A DNA stretch of 64,000 nt from the NCBI GenBank assembly GCA_030867685.1, contig JAQOWU010000008.1:2914001-2978000 (forward strand), written 5' to 3'. Of this stretch, positions 28,988 to 38,473 are shown in pieces. The stretch is from Wickerhamiella versatilis. Its lineage: Eukaryota. Under the pieces are notes generated by a model. It made no database searches, was not told the origin of the DNA, and saw only the letters and a list, made by a program, of their open reading frames with translations. Position numbers and translations under genes: made by a program. The stretch's first letter is position 1, and every line of letters starts with the position of its first letter.

Positions 28988-30205
28988 TTATTTTCCTGTA
29001 ATGACGGAGTTGAATGCCTTGGCAATATACTCGACATTGTGTGTGTTGACTCCTGCCATCGACATGCGGCCATTGGAGGTCATGTATATATGGTGAAGTT
29101 TTTCAAGCTTTGCAACTTCTTCTGGTGTTAGTCCGGTGAATGAGAACATACCTATCTGGTTCACGATGTGATCCCATGTACCAGGAGTATTGAGTTCGAC
29201 CAAATGATTGCGCAGGGTAGATCTCATATGCTTGATTCTGTCGGCCATGATTTTTATGTCCACCTTCCAGCTTTCAAAAAGTTCTGGCGTAGTCAAGATA
29301 TGGGTAGCAATGCGGGCACCCCATGAAGGTGCTGAAGAAAACTCTGCCCGAACCAAGTTGGATAGCTCACCAACTAACTTATGCGCAACATCAGGTGTAG
29401 CATCATGAAGCGCCACATGAATGCAACCAACGCGTTCACCATAGAGGCCCATGTTTTTTGAAAAGCTCTGGGCCACTACACAATCAATTTGCTGCTCCAC
29501 AAAGTAGCGGATAGCCCAAGCATCATTATCCAGGTCTCCTGTAGCGAAGCCCTGATATGCCGAGTCAAAAAAGACAAAGAGCTTTTTCGATTTGACAATA
29601 CTGGCGATTTCCTTCCACTGCTCTCGTGTGGGATCCACGCCAGTGGGATTGTGGGCACAAGCGTGCAGCAGAACCGTATCTCCGGGATTCGCCGTGGATA
29701 AAACCTTCCTCATTCCATCAAAATCGAGGCTACGTGTCTTAGCATTCCAGTACGGATACTGCTTAATATTAAAACCGGCCTCTGTAAAGATCAAATGATG
29801 ATTTCCCCAAGTTGGGGTTGAAAGCCATACCGTCTTTGACCCTAAGCCCCAGGGTGAGCAGCCGGCCACCAACAGAGCACCAAGGTGGTTTGCACCGGTG
29901 CCCGATATCGTTTGAACCGACGCAATCTTACTGACATCGGTGGATGATCCAAACAACAAAGCAGCAGCAGCCTTACGGAACTCTGGAATACCAGCTATCG
30001 CGGTATATTCATGGTTTGTATTTGGATCTTCGGCCAAGGCCTTCTCAACCTTATGTACGCTAGGCAGAACCCATGGTTTTCCATCGTTGTCACGATATGC
30101 ACCAATACCAATATCTACTTTCTTTGGGTCCTGGTCAACGCGGTAGCGTCCCAACAACGCAAATATAGGATCTTCTGGCTTGCCTTTTACAGGAAGTGCA
30201 CTCAT
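28988..30205 (-). CDS. AAT2: Aspartate aminotransferase, cytosolic type
   Basis: GIGAYRD, QTISGTGA, HACAHNPTG, DSAYQGFATG, SFSKNMGLYGERVG. No presequence and no PTS1. Confidence 0.93.
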   Translation of the reverse strand: MSALPVKGKPEDPIFALLGRYRVDQDPKKVDIGIGAYRDNDGKPWVLPSVHKVEKALAEDPNTNHEYTAIAGIPEFRKAAAALLFGSSTDVSKIASVQTISGTGANHLGALLVAGCSPWGLGSKTVWLSTPTWGNHHLIFTEAGFNIKQYPYWNAKTRSLDFDGMRKVLSTANPGDTVLLHACAHNPTGVDPTREQWKEIASIVKSKKLFVFFDSAYQGFATGDLDNDAWAIRYFVEQQIDCVVAQSFSKNMGLYGERVGCIHVALHDATPDVAHKLVGELSNLVRAEFSSAPSWGARIATHILTTPELFESWKVDIKIMADRIKHMRSTLRNHLVELNTPGTWDHIVNQIGMFSFTGLTPEEVAKLEKLHHIYMTSNGRMSMAGVNTHNVEYIAKAFNSVITGK

Positions 30206-30297
30206 TCTCGGATGAAATTAGTCATCGGTCTTGAGTCATTTATAGCCGCTGAAAAATTGCGGGGTACTTCGGAATAAATATTAGCCTAAAAAACTTT

Positions 30298-31701
30298 CTA
30301 GTCAACTTCATCGATAGTTCCCGACGCGTGGGCCTGGGATTGTTCAGCTTCTTTCTGTTCCAAGTCTCCCTTTTTTTGCTCCCACTGTTGCGTATCATAA
30401 ATCTTGTCGTCGACCTGCAGTACGCCGCTCTCGCTTAATTTGTCCACCAAGTCCTCTGCCTGGGACACTTCGAGATTCCCGATGACTTCATTCAGTTCAT
30501 CTAGTGATCGAGATTCAATTGCTTTTTTGACATCGTCACTGAAGCTGTCGTATATCTTACGACCTTCCGTGCCCTCCTCTGGTACAGTGACTAGGAGTTC
30601 AGTATTGGGGTCGAGCGATTTGAGCTGAATCTGCTCTCTCTCTTCTTGAGATTCATCACTTAGGATCTTACAGCGTGAGCGGATGTGGTTGTACGTCTTC
30701 TCAGCATCCGCTTCGAACGCAGCTCTTGCCGGATGGTTTGCCTGAACCATTTTGCTGAAGAATTGTCGGACTCCATCCGGTCCAAGAAGGGCACTATACT
30801 GAATAAGGAGCGAGTTCCAGACGATGGCTTCGGCATCTTTTTCCCGGCCTTGCAATTGAGCATCAAAAGCACTCATGATAAGAGCATCCTTTTGACCTTC
30901 AGTAACAATGTAGTGATGTTGAGTAAGATACTTAAAAGCTGTAGGGAAATCTCCCTTGGGAATTTCTCCAAATTTACGGGTTGCATCTAGCAACTCCTCC
31001 ATCCCTTCCTCGGACTTACGAGGTTTTGGGGGCGCCTGAGGCCTATTCAACACCTCGATGTCACTGCTGGCATTTTGTGTTTTGGCAGAAGAAGCCCCAG
31101 AGGATGATTTCGTAGGCGCCGACTGAGCGGAGGCATCACCAGAGTCGAAAGTCCCAGCCTTCCCACCGATAATAGTAGAATCCCATCCTGTATGCATATC
31201 ATCTGAGTATATGTGCTGACTGCGTTCCTGCTCAATTCCCTTAAGCTCCTTTTTCTCGTCTATTAGTGCAGTAGTGATCATATTTCGATGTTCCTCAATC
31301 TTCTTTGCAACTGCATCTGCTGTTCCAGCTTCCTGAGCTACCTGTGTGAGCATACTTTCCAGCATATCAGAATATAGCGGTTGCTGAGAGGAAGTTGCCA
31401 GCGCTGGCTTGAGTTTTTTTTCGCCCTCACAGGCCAGTGCCACCGAATGTTCAATATCACTTCCTACATTGATGCCCTTACGCGCAGCCTCGAGGAGCCT
31501 ATTGACTCGAACTAACAAATCCTGATTCGTTTCGATATTCAACTCTAATTGTATTTGGCGCATATCCTGCATTTGACGCTTCTCATGGAGATCCCGTTGC
31601 TTCCACCGAATAAAGCTTTGTTTATCAACATTTGGATGAACTTCGATGTCGCTATCATCGCTAAGCTCAAGCTTGTCCCACTTAGAGTAATCCACAACCA
31701 T
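30298..31701 (-). CDS. CDC37: Hsp90 kinase co-chaperone Cdc37
   Basis: MVVDYSKWDKLELSDDSDIEVHPNVDKQSFIRWKQ. Confidence 0.96.
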   Translation of the reverse strand: MVVDYSKWDKLELSDDSDIEVHPNVDKQSFIRWKQRDLHEKRQMQDMRQIQLELNIETNQDLLVRVNRLLEAARKGINVGSDIEHSVALACEGEKKLKPALATSSQQPLYSDMLESMLTQVAQEAGTADAVAKKIEEHRNMITTALIDEKKELKGIEQERSQHIYSDDMHTGWDSTIIGGKAGTFDSGDASAQSAPTKSSSGASSAKTQNASSDIEVLNRPQAPPKPRKSEEGMEELLDATRKFGEIPKGDFPTAFKYLTQHHYIVTEGQKDALIMSAFDAQLQGREKDAEAIVWNSLLIQYSALLGPDGVRQFFSKMVQANHPARAAFEADAEKTYNHIRSRCKILSDESQEEREQIQLKSLDPNTELLVTVPEEGTEGRKIYDSFSDDVKKAIESRSLDELNEVIGNLEVSQAEDLVDKLSESGVLQVDDKIYDTQQWEQKKGDLEQKEAEQSQAHASGTIDEVD

Positions 31702-31795
31702 CTTTAATTCTCACGCTCTTTATTGTTGAGGGGGTGGGGTGTACTTATAGGCTCGTAAGCACCACCGATTACTAATAACGGCTCAGGAGGAGCCC

Positions 31796-33436
31796 ATGAC
31801 GGCCATTGCGCTCCAATTAGGACACTCTGTTATGGATGTGGTGCCATTTATTTGGCATAGCATCATTCCAAGAGCGTGGGCCATTGTGGAAGAACTTTTT
31901 TCGCGAACATTCTCTGTGCCGACGTTTTCTGCCTTTATCACTGCATTTTTAGTTAACAGGACTCTTGTATATGCCTCCACAAGGGAGCCACGGCGACCTG
32001 CGTGGCTTGCTTCGGTTGGTGCACGAATGGGTGTATTTGCATTCTTCATGTGGCTTGTATTTAACATCTACCACGAGAAGGAGGACGTACGGCTCAGGTT
32101 ACGACAACTGATGTCAGGGATCTCCACTTCCTACCTTGTGGAAACATTCTGCACTATTATAGAGCACCGTCAGCAAAATTTTGATTGTGGATTTTGGACA
32201 TTTGAACTTGGCTTTATATTTGAAGAAATCGCAAGGAATGAACCCGATGAGATGAGCACCGTTTCACGAATGATATGCATAGTGTTGTGCATCTCTCAAT
32301 TGTTCATTCAACTCCAAGGACTCTTTCACAGACTTGGCGAATATAGGCTGGTATTTTCTACTTTGCTTTCGGTTTCCTATTTCTATATATATGGGTATGC
32401 CTTAAAGTCGGGGTTCCTATTCTTCCGTATGAATCTTATGCTTTCCTTCATTATGCGCCAGGTTCCCCAGCTTATCATGATGCTCATGATTGTAAGCTGT
32501 GAAGTTATATACAGACTCGCGGGACTAGCGGCAGGAGGCGTACACAATTTGACTATGTATAGACCGATGGGGCGGACGCCTTTGATGTGGAAGGAATCTT
32601 TCAGTTGGAATCTTCTTCAGGTGACAGTTAGATGTCTTATGAAAACACCGGACTCTCATTATCTTCACGAAGCTGAACTAGTTGCTCGTCCCTGGAGTAC
32701 ATACCTCGATATTCAAGACACATCTAAGACGAATGTTAATCCGTACAGTGTGAAGTCCAAGCACCAAGCGGTTAGTAGACCTGGTTTTGTAAAAACTTGG
32801 TTTTCGTGTATTCGGGTTTGGGCTCGCCTAATTGCATTTCAACTGAAGTATCGATTACTAGGTAAACCGATACCTGTCGGCAGAAACTCATTCGCTCGCA
32901 GCATATTCCGTGACTATCGCTATGCAGAGCTTGACTCTGGTGATCCTAATGCTTGGCGTCGGCTGCTGCTGGAAGTGGAGGCCCCCTTTATTGATGATAG
33001 TGCGGATTATGATGAAGACGAACTAGTCCCAGATGGTAGCAGCCATGAGTCTGAGGGAGAATCCGAAGACGAAAGCTTTGATGAGGATGAGCTGGCCCAG
33101 GAAGCCTTTTATACCACTCGTGATGCTTTATCTCTATATGGACCTGAAACAGGTCGGCATTGGCAGTATAGTGGCCCGTTGACGAGATCACGATGGCGTG
33201 CCGAACAGTCTGATGCCTTGGAGCACGTGGTAAGAGATCGCCGATCTGACGTGGGCGAAGTCTCGGAGCTCAATTGTGTTGTTTGCTACGAGAATCCAAG
33301 GCGAGTTATTCTCTGGCCTTGTGGTTGCTTTGCACTTTGTGATGAATGCAGAGCCGCCCTGGCAGTGAAAGGGGACAAAACGTGCGTTAATTGTCGTCAA
33401 GTAGTCAAATCGTACAGTCATGTGTACACTCCATAG
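31796..33436 (+). CDS. Multi-pass membrane RING E3 ligase, Asi1/Asi3-like
   Basis: AFLVNRTLVYAS, several TM segments, C-terminal CVVCYENPRRVILWPCGCFALCDECR..CVNCR. Confidence 0.8.
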   Translation: MTAIALQLGHSVMDVVPFIWHSIIPRAWAIVEELFSRTFSVPTFSAFITAFLVNRTLVYASTREPRRPAWLASVGARMGVFAFFMWLVFNIYHEKEDVRLRLRQLMSGISTSYLVETFCTIIEHRQQNFDCGFWTFELGFIFEEIARNEPDEMSTVSRMICIVLCISQLFIQLQGLFHRLGEYRLVFSTLLSVSYFYIYGYALKSGFLFFRMNLMLSFIMRQVPQLIMMLMIVSCEVIYRLAGLAAGGVHNLTMYRPMGRTPLMWKESFSWNLLQVTVRCLMKTPDSHYLHEAELVARPWSTYLDIQDTSKTNVNPYSVKSKHQAVSRPGFVKTWFSCIRVWARLIAFQLKYRLLGKPIPVGRNSFARSIFRDYRYAELDSGDPNAWRRLLLEVEAPFIDDSADYDEDELVPDGSSHESEGESEDESFDEDELAQEAFYTTRDALSLYGPETGRHWQYSGPLTRSRWRAEQSDALEHVVRDRRSDVGEVSELNCVVCYENPRRVILWPCGCFALCDECRAALAVKGDKTCVNCRQVVKSYSHVYTP

Positions 33437-33515
33437 TGCAGAATTAAATTATATGACCAAAAAAAATTATACTGAAGTAATTCAAAATACAGTTGATATG
33501 ATTTACCATTAAAGA

Positions 33516-34097
33516 CTATCTATAAAAGCTTGGACGGTTTGCATTAATTCCATAGTCCGCAAGAACAGTGCTTAGAACATCCATGGTTAGTACTGTTCGA
33601 TTGCCATACCCCTGTCCTCGTCTGGTATTAGTAGAGGCCGCCGAACTACCAGATTGTGATCGAATGCGTGCATATTGATATGAGTCTGTCGCTATGTCAC
33701 TGATAAACTTCTGTGTCGCTAGGGCAAGAAGGCGTTTTATGCGATGATCAGCCGTCTTTAAACCTGCCCGCTGTAAGTAATAGTCAGTTACAGCATCTGG
33801 AATAATCGGGGCGTAATCATCCATTGCACCAAGAACTTCTTTGAGAGACCTATCACGGCGCTCAAGAAGAGGCTCAAGTCGGCTTTCATCCAAGAGTGGG
33901 TCATACTTAGGTACATCTGGCAACGCCTCATCGGCAGGTTGTATGTCCTCTTCAGGAACATCTTGTTCTTCCACTTCCTCCTCAGGATTCTCATTACCGC
34001 CTTCATCTGGTTTATTGGACGATGCATCCTTCATCTCAGTGTCCTCCTTATGTGATGCTGGCTCGGTATCATGGTTCTGCTCTTCTGGAGTCGCCAT
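33516..34097 (-). CDS. TAF10: TFIID/SAGA subunit Taf10
   Basis: [54 protein letters not shown]. Confidence 0.95.
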   Translation of the reverse strand: MATPEEQNHDTEPASHKEDTEMKDASSNKPDEGGNENPEEEVEEQDVPEEDIQPADEALPDVPKYDPLLDESRLEPLLERRDRSLKEVLGAMDDYAPIIPDAVTDYYLQRAGLKTADHRIKRLLALATQKFISDIATDSYQYARIRSQSGSSAASTNTRRGQGYGNRTVLTMDVLSTVLADYGINANRPSFYR

Positions 34098-34410
34098 GCT
34101 GACTCACACGTAGTATCAACGGTGGAGGGGTAATGACATTCATTGACCGTACATTATTTTAGAACAGAGAGTGTGTAATTTTATACTATCAGATCGTGCT
34201 TGCTTTTTTAGAGTACAAGGATAATTTTTTATTTCAGTTAGTGGTCATATATCTTACTCCTAGCAAAGGGTAGCCCTCCCGTAAGCTCATTGAACCTAAG
34301 TCCGACGTGTATGAATAGCAGTTCTTCTTCGGTATCTGAGTTTATAAAAGTGAAAAGCAATTACACCATCAGGACGGGCTACCTAGATCTAGACCGCCCT
34401 GACAAAGCAG

Positions 34411-35820
34411 ATGATCAACATCCTACGTCGAACTGTAAGTACAATGGCCCCTATCTCGAAAGTTGACTATCTTGTGATTGGAGGTGGTTCCGGAGGTGTT
34501 GCCACCGCAAGGCGTGCAGCTCAATATGGAGCTAAGGTCGCTATTATTGAAGGTGACCGACTTGGTGGTACTTGTGTCAACCGTGGCTGTGTGCCGAAAA
34601 AGGTTATGTGGAATGCAGCCGATGTACGTACGCGTCTTAGCCATGCACCGGAATACGGCACTCCAATTGGAGAAATTCCTGAATTTGACTGGGCTGGCTT
34701 CAAAGCTAAGCGTGATGCTTATGTTGAACGTCTGAATGGCATTTACGAGAGAAATTTGGCCAAAGAGGATGTTAAATATGTGAAAGGGTGGGCCAATTTC
34801 GTAGATGGTGATGCCCATACAGTTAAAGTCTCGTTGCCGGATGGCAATTCTGAGACAATTTACGGTGAGCACGTAGTTATAGCAACTGGGGGAAGACCCC
34901 ATACAGGCTTGGATGTACCAGGAAAAGAGCTGGGTATCGACTCTGATGGATTTTTCCTCCTTGAAAAACAGCCTAAGTCAGTTGCAATCGTAGGTGCTGG
35001 TTATATTGGAGTTGAATTGGCAGGTGTGCTTCATGCGCTTGGTTCCGAGTCCCATATATTCCTACGTGGCGATAAGCTTTTGCGACAGTTTGATTCAGTG
35101 ATTGGTGATACTGTTACAGAGTTGTACGAGAAAGAGGGTATTCATGTTCACAAGGGAGAGCTTCCGACTAAAGTTGAAAAGACAGACAAAGGTCTTTTAA
35201 TCACCTATACTGGGGGCAAGGATATTGTTGTGGATACCCTTATATGGGCTATAGGCCGTGAACCATTCTTCTATACTCTGAATGTTGATTCTGCCGGAAT
35301 CAAGAGGGATCCGAAGGGAAAGATAGTTGTTGACGAGTTTCAAAATACAAATCTGCCAAAAGTCTACTCATTGGGCGATGTGGCTGAAGCAATTGAACTT
35401 ACACCAGCGGCAATTGCAGCCGGACGGAAGCTTGGCGATAGGATTTTCGGCGGCAAGCCTAATTCCAAACAAGACTACGAAAACATTCCCTCTGCTGTGT
35501 TCTCCCATCCTGAGGCAGCGAGTACAGGCATTACAGAGGACAAGGCGCGTGAGATTTATGGTGATTCAGTGAAAATCTATCAGTCTCGATTTATAAATAT
35601 GTATTGGTCACCATTGACCAAGAAATCTCCCTCGGTCTATAAAGTCGTTTGTGCCGGACCAAGCGAGAAAGTTGTTGGTGTACATATTGTGGGTGAAAAT
35701 GCTTCAGAAATTATGCAGGGGTTTGGTGTCGCTGTTAAGATGGGAGCCACGAAGGAAGACCTAGATTCATGCGTTGCTATCCATCCCACTGCGGCGGAAG
35801 AATTGGTCACATTGAAGTAA
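34411..35820 (+). CDS. GLR1: Glutathione reductase, with probable dual start (34411 and 34444)
   Basis: GGGSGG, GGTCVNRGCVPKK, GAGYIGVE, AIHPTAAEELVT. Confidence 0.96.
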   Translation: MINILRRTVSTMAPISKVDYLVIGGGSGGVATARRAAQYGAKVAIIEGDRLGGTCVNRGCVPKKVMWNAADVRTRLSHAPEYGTPIGEIPEFDWAGFKAKRDAYVERLNGIYERNLAKEDVKYVKGWANFVDGDAHTVKVSLPDGNSETIYGEHVVIATGGRPHTGLDVPGKELGIDSDGFFLLEKQPKSVAIVGAGYIGVELAGVLHALGSESHIFLRGDKLLRQFDSVIGDTVTELYEKEGIHVHKGELPTKVEKTDKGLLITYTGGKDIVVDTLIWAIGREPFFYTLNVDSAGIKRDPKGKIVVDEFQNTNLPKVYSLGDVAEAIELTPAAIAAGRKLGDRIFGGKPNSKQDYENIPSAVFSHPEAASTGITEDKAREIYGDSVKIYQSRFINMYWSPLTKKSPSVYKVVCAGPSEKVVGVHIVGENASEIMQGFGVAVKMGATKEDLDSCVAIHPTAAEELVTLK

Positions 35821-35963
35821 TGCCGGATGCCGAAGTGGTTCAACCTTCTTAATTACACTTAAGGATAGATAAACTTTAAAGAAAAAATTCTCAGTTATTT
35901 CTCAGAATGTAGTAACCTCTGATGTATTTGCAGCTGAATCTACATATTTCCTGAAAGAAAAGC

Positions 35964-38204
35964 CTACTCTTGGCCAAAGCCAACAGTTTCCTCCACTGCA
36001 ATTCCTAGTTTCTTCTTCAAAGTGTCATAGTCTTTGTAGGGAGGCAAATCGACACGGTTAAAACAGGTGTGGGATTTTGGCAGATATCTTGCGTCACCTG
36101 CTTTTTCTAAGGTAAACCGACGAGGACCATCTGACCCTTGCAGATCTTTAAACCCATTGACGGGAATACGTGATGTACCCGTTGTGAATTGCAATAGCCG
36201 TGACTTTTGCTCAGCATCCCATTCTTGGACACATTTCCAGAACCATTGTATAACTTCATCACTTTCAGAGTAACCACGATAATCTGTATGCTTTTTCCAA
36301 TCGTCGATATCAATATCGCTTATGCCTCCAATCAATAACTCAAGTTCTCTTTCATCGAAGACATTCACAAGATCTTCGGGGATAAGTTCGTTGAAGCCTG
36401 TGATGAAGGCTCGGAACTGTTCTTGAACACGAGTTTCGATGCGCCATTGAGTGATAAGTTCAACATATTCCAGCTTGTTGTCATTTGTGACAGGGATATT
36501 TGTGCCATCTGGTTTCAGGTCTATGGTCTCTACCTCACCAAAATTGTCATCTTCCACTGTGAAGTTAAGATCAAGAACGTCTGTAATATCGTTGTCAAGC
36601 ATCCATTCGAGGTTCCGATGGAAGTCTGCGTCCACACCTTCCATATCCTCCACCACAATCCTTTTACCCAAAATCATTTTGTAGAATGCACTAATAAAAA
36701 AGGCGTCAAGGAACCGTCTATGGAATACGGCTAGACCCACAACGCGACCAATAAACTTGAAGTAATTTAGGTGCTCAGGATTCACCCCACTATGCGGATT
36801 GATTTGTAGCGTATAATTATCATGTGCTGAATACTCAAACAGACAATAGAAAGGATTGAACATTTCATGGCTCAGCAAGAAAAAGTATTCCCGAGAAACA
36901 CCACCGTAATCAAGACCTTCTTCGCCATCAAATTTTATCATCAATCGCTTTTTCAGATCCTGTGGTGTTTGACGCATTATTTCTTGATACGAATCCTCGA
37001 AAATATGATCACGACGAACCTTGATATGACACTGGCCTGGAAGTATGCGTAATGCAGGCTGAGAACGGAAATAGATCAGTTTTCGACGGAAATCACGCTT
37101 ATATTGTGGCACATTTTGGTCCAAGGAGGACGGTAACCTTGGATCATCCCAGGTAGTAGTCTTAGTGTTATGGTCCACAAAATAAACACGTGCCGTGTTG
37201 GTGAGACGCATCTCCCATCCACTGGGCAGAGGGCCTAGCTGAGAGACTGGCTGTTGCTGTATTGTGTTTGCAGCATTCGGTCCCATCATCCTAATGTATT
37301 GTTGTCGTCGGGGATCGACCCAAGTCGTGGTCCTAGTATTGTGATCCACGAAATAAGGCCTGCCTTCGGGTGTCAGCCGTCGTTCCCAGCCACTAGGAAG
37401 TTCACCGAGCCCCGCAGAAGTTGCGCTGGTATTAACTGTCTGCGTTTGGCTGTTCTCACCCGGCAACATACGAGTCTGATGCTGACGGCGTTCAGCTTCG
37501 CTTGCTGCCTGACGTGAATGCTCTGCACGCTCAGTGGGGTCCATCCTGGGACGATTCCATGTGGTGGTTCTTGTCTCATGATCGACATAATAAGTGCGTC
37601 CGAGGTTATCTGTACGACGTTCCCATCCCGGAGGCAATGCGCCATAATGGTCTTCGAAGGAAGAGAGACCATTTTGATTACCAGATGGAGGACCTTGTTG
37701 CGGCCTGGTTGTAGTGCTCACAGGAGCTGGCGTTTGGCTTGTAGTAGCACCGGGCTGTGTTGTGCTTGTAGTCGAGGAAACCCCGGGGGTGGTACCACCA
37801 CCTCGTCTACCAGCTCCCATATCAGTGGAAAGACTCACCAGGAGCTTACCGCTCACCTGTAGATGTGAACCAGATCGTTTGAGGTCACGCGTAACCATTT
37901 GGTCGCCGCCTTGCTCAAGATTGATGACCTCCCCAACAGTTATGTTAATGACACCAAGGAAGCCCTGGTCCTTCTTTTTGAACTTTTTGTGGTCAAATAT
38001 CTGTATAGCTAGTGTAGAGGCGGGGGTAACTTCAAATTTGAAACTCTCATTCCAATAAGGGTTTAAAGTCTTCTTGATCACGCTTGTGGACTGTGTTTGT
38101 GCGCCATCGACCGTAATCACGACAAATGGATCAGGCAACCGCAGCAAATCACGTTTATACAGCGCATCCGCCGCTATTATGGTTACCCGGAGGTTCGGTG
38201 TCAT
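35964..38204 (-). CDS. RSP5: NEDD4-family HECT E3 ligase Rsp5
   Basis: C2 domain, three WW domains (LPxGWE..YxVDH.TTTW), HECT ending [23 protein letters not shown]. Confidence 0.98.
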   Translation of the reverse strand: MTPNLRVTIIAADALYKRDLLRLPDPFVVITVDGAQTQSTSVIKKTLNPYWNESFKFEVTPASTLAIQIFDHKKFKKKDQGFLGVINITVGEVINLEQGGDQMVTRDLKRSGSHLQVSGKLLVSLSTDMGAGRRGGGTTPGVSSTTSTTQPGATTSQTPAPVSTTTRPQQGPPSGNQNGLSSFEDHYGALPPGWERRTDNLGRTYYVDHETRTTTWNRPRMDPTERAEHSRQAASEAERRQHQTRMLPGENSQTQTVNTSATSAGLGELPSGWERRLTPEGRPYFVDHNTRTTTWVDPRRQQYIRMMGPNAANTIQQQPVSQLGPLPSGWEMRLTNTARVYFVDHNTKTTTWDDPRLPSSLDQNVPQYKRDFRRKLIYFRSQPALRILPGQCHIKVRRDHIFEDSYQEIMRQTPQDLKKRLMIKFDGEEGLDYGGVSREYFFLLSHEMFNPFYCLFEYSAHDNYTLQINPHSGVNPEHLNYFKFIGRVVGLAVFHRRFLDAFFISAFYKMILGKRIVVEDMEGVDADFHRNLEWMLDNDITDVLDLNFTVEDDNFGEVETIDLKPDGTNIPVTNDNKLEYVELITQWRIETRVQEQFRAFITGFNELIPEDLVNVFDERELELLIGGISDIDIDDWKKHTDYRGYSESDEVIQWFWKCVQEWDAEQKSRLLQFTTGTSRIPVNGFKDLQGSDGPRRFTLEKAGDARYLPKSHTCFNRVDLPPYKDYDTLKKKLGIAVEETVGFGQE

Positions 38205-38416
38205 GGATTCCTACCGCCACTTGATCTGGTTTCCCAAGACAAGAAGTCGTTCTGCTTAGATAATCAATTCTGTCGGCAAAATGTTCCTATGACTAACAAG
38301 TCTGGCCCCCCGTGAGAGCAGGCAGAAAGGAAGCAGTTTTAGATATATTCACCGAGTACATATAGGTATAAATAAGGTTGTTTTCCTATTTCACAGACAT
38401 CTACAATAAAAATACT

Positions 38417-38417
38417 T

Positions 38418-38444
<27 letters not shown>
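38417..38444. repeat. (TA)14 microsatellite
   Basis: Read directly. It lies just 3' of the zinc-finger gene stop and upstream of RSP5. Confidence 0.95.
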
Positions 38445-38449
<5 letters not shown>

Positions 38450-38473
38450 ACTTCAATAATTACCTTGGAGAAA

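Noticed and set aside
28950..28990. Possible read-through PTS1 on AAT2
   Set aside because: Stop is TAA and the extension ends in SSG, which is not a PTS1.
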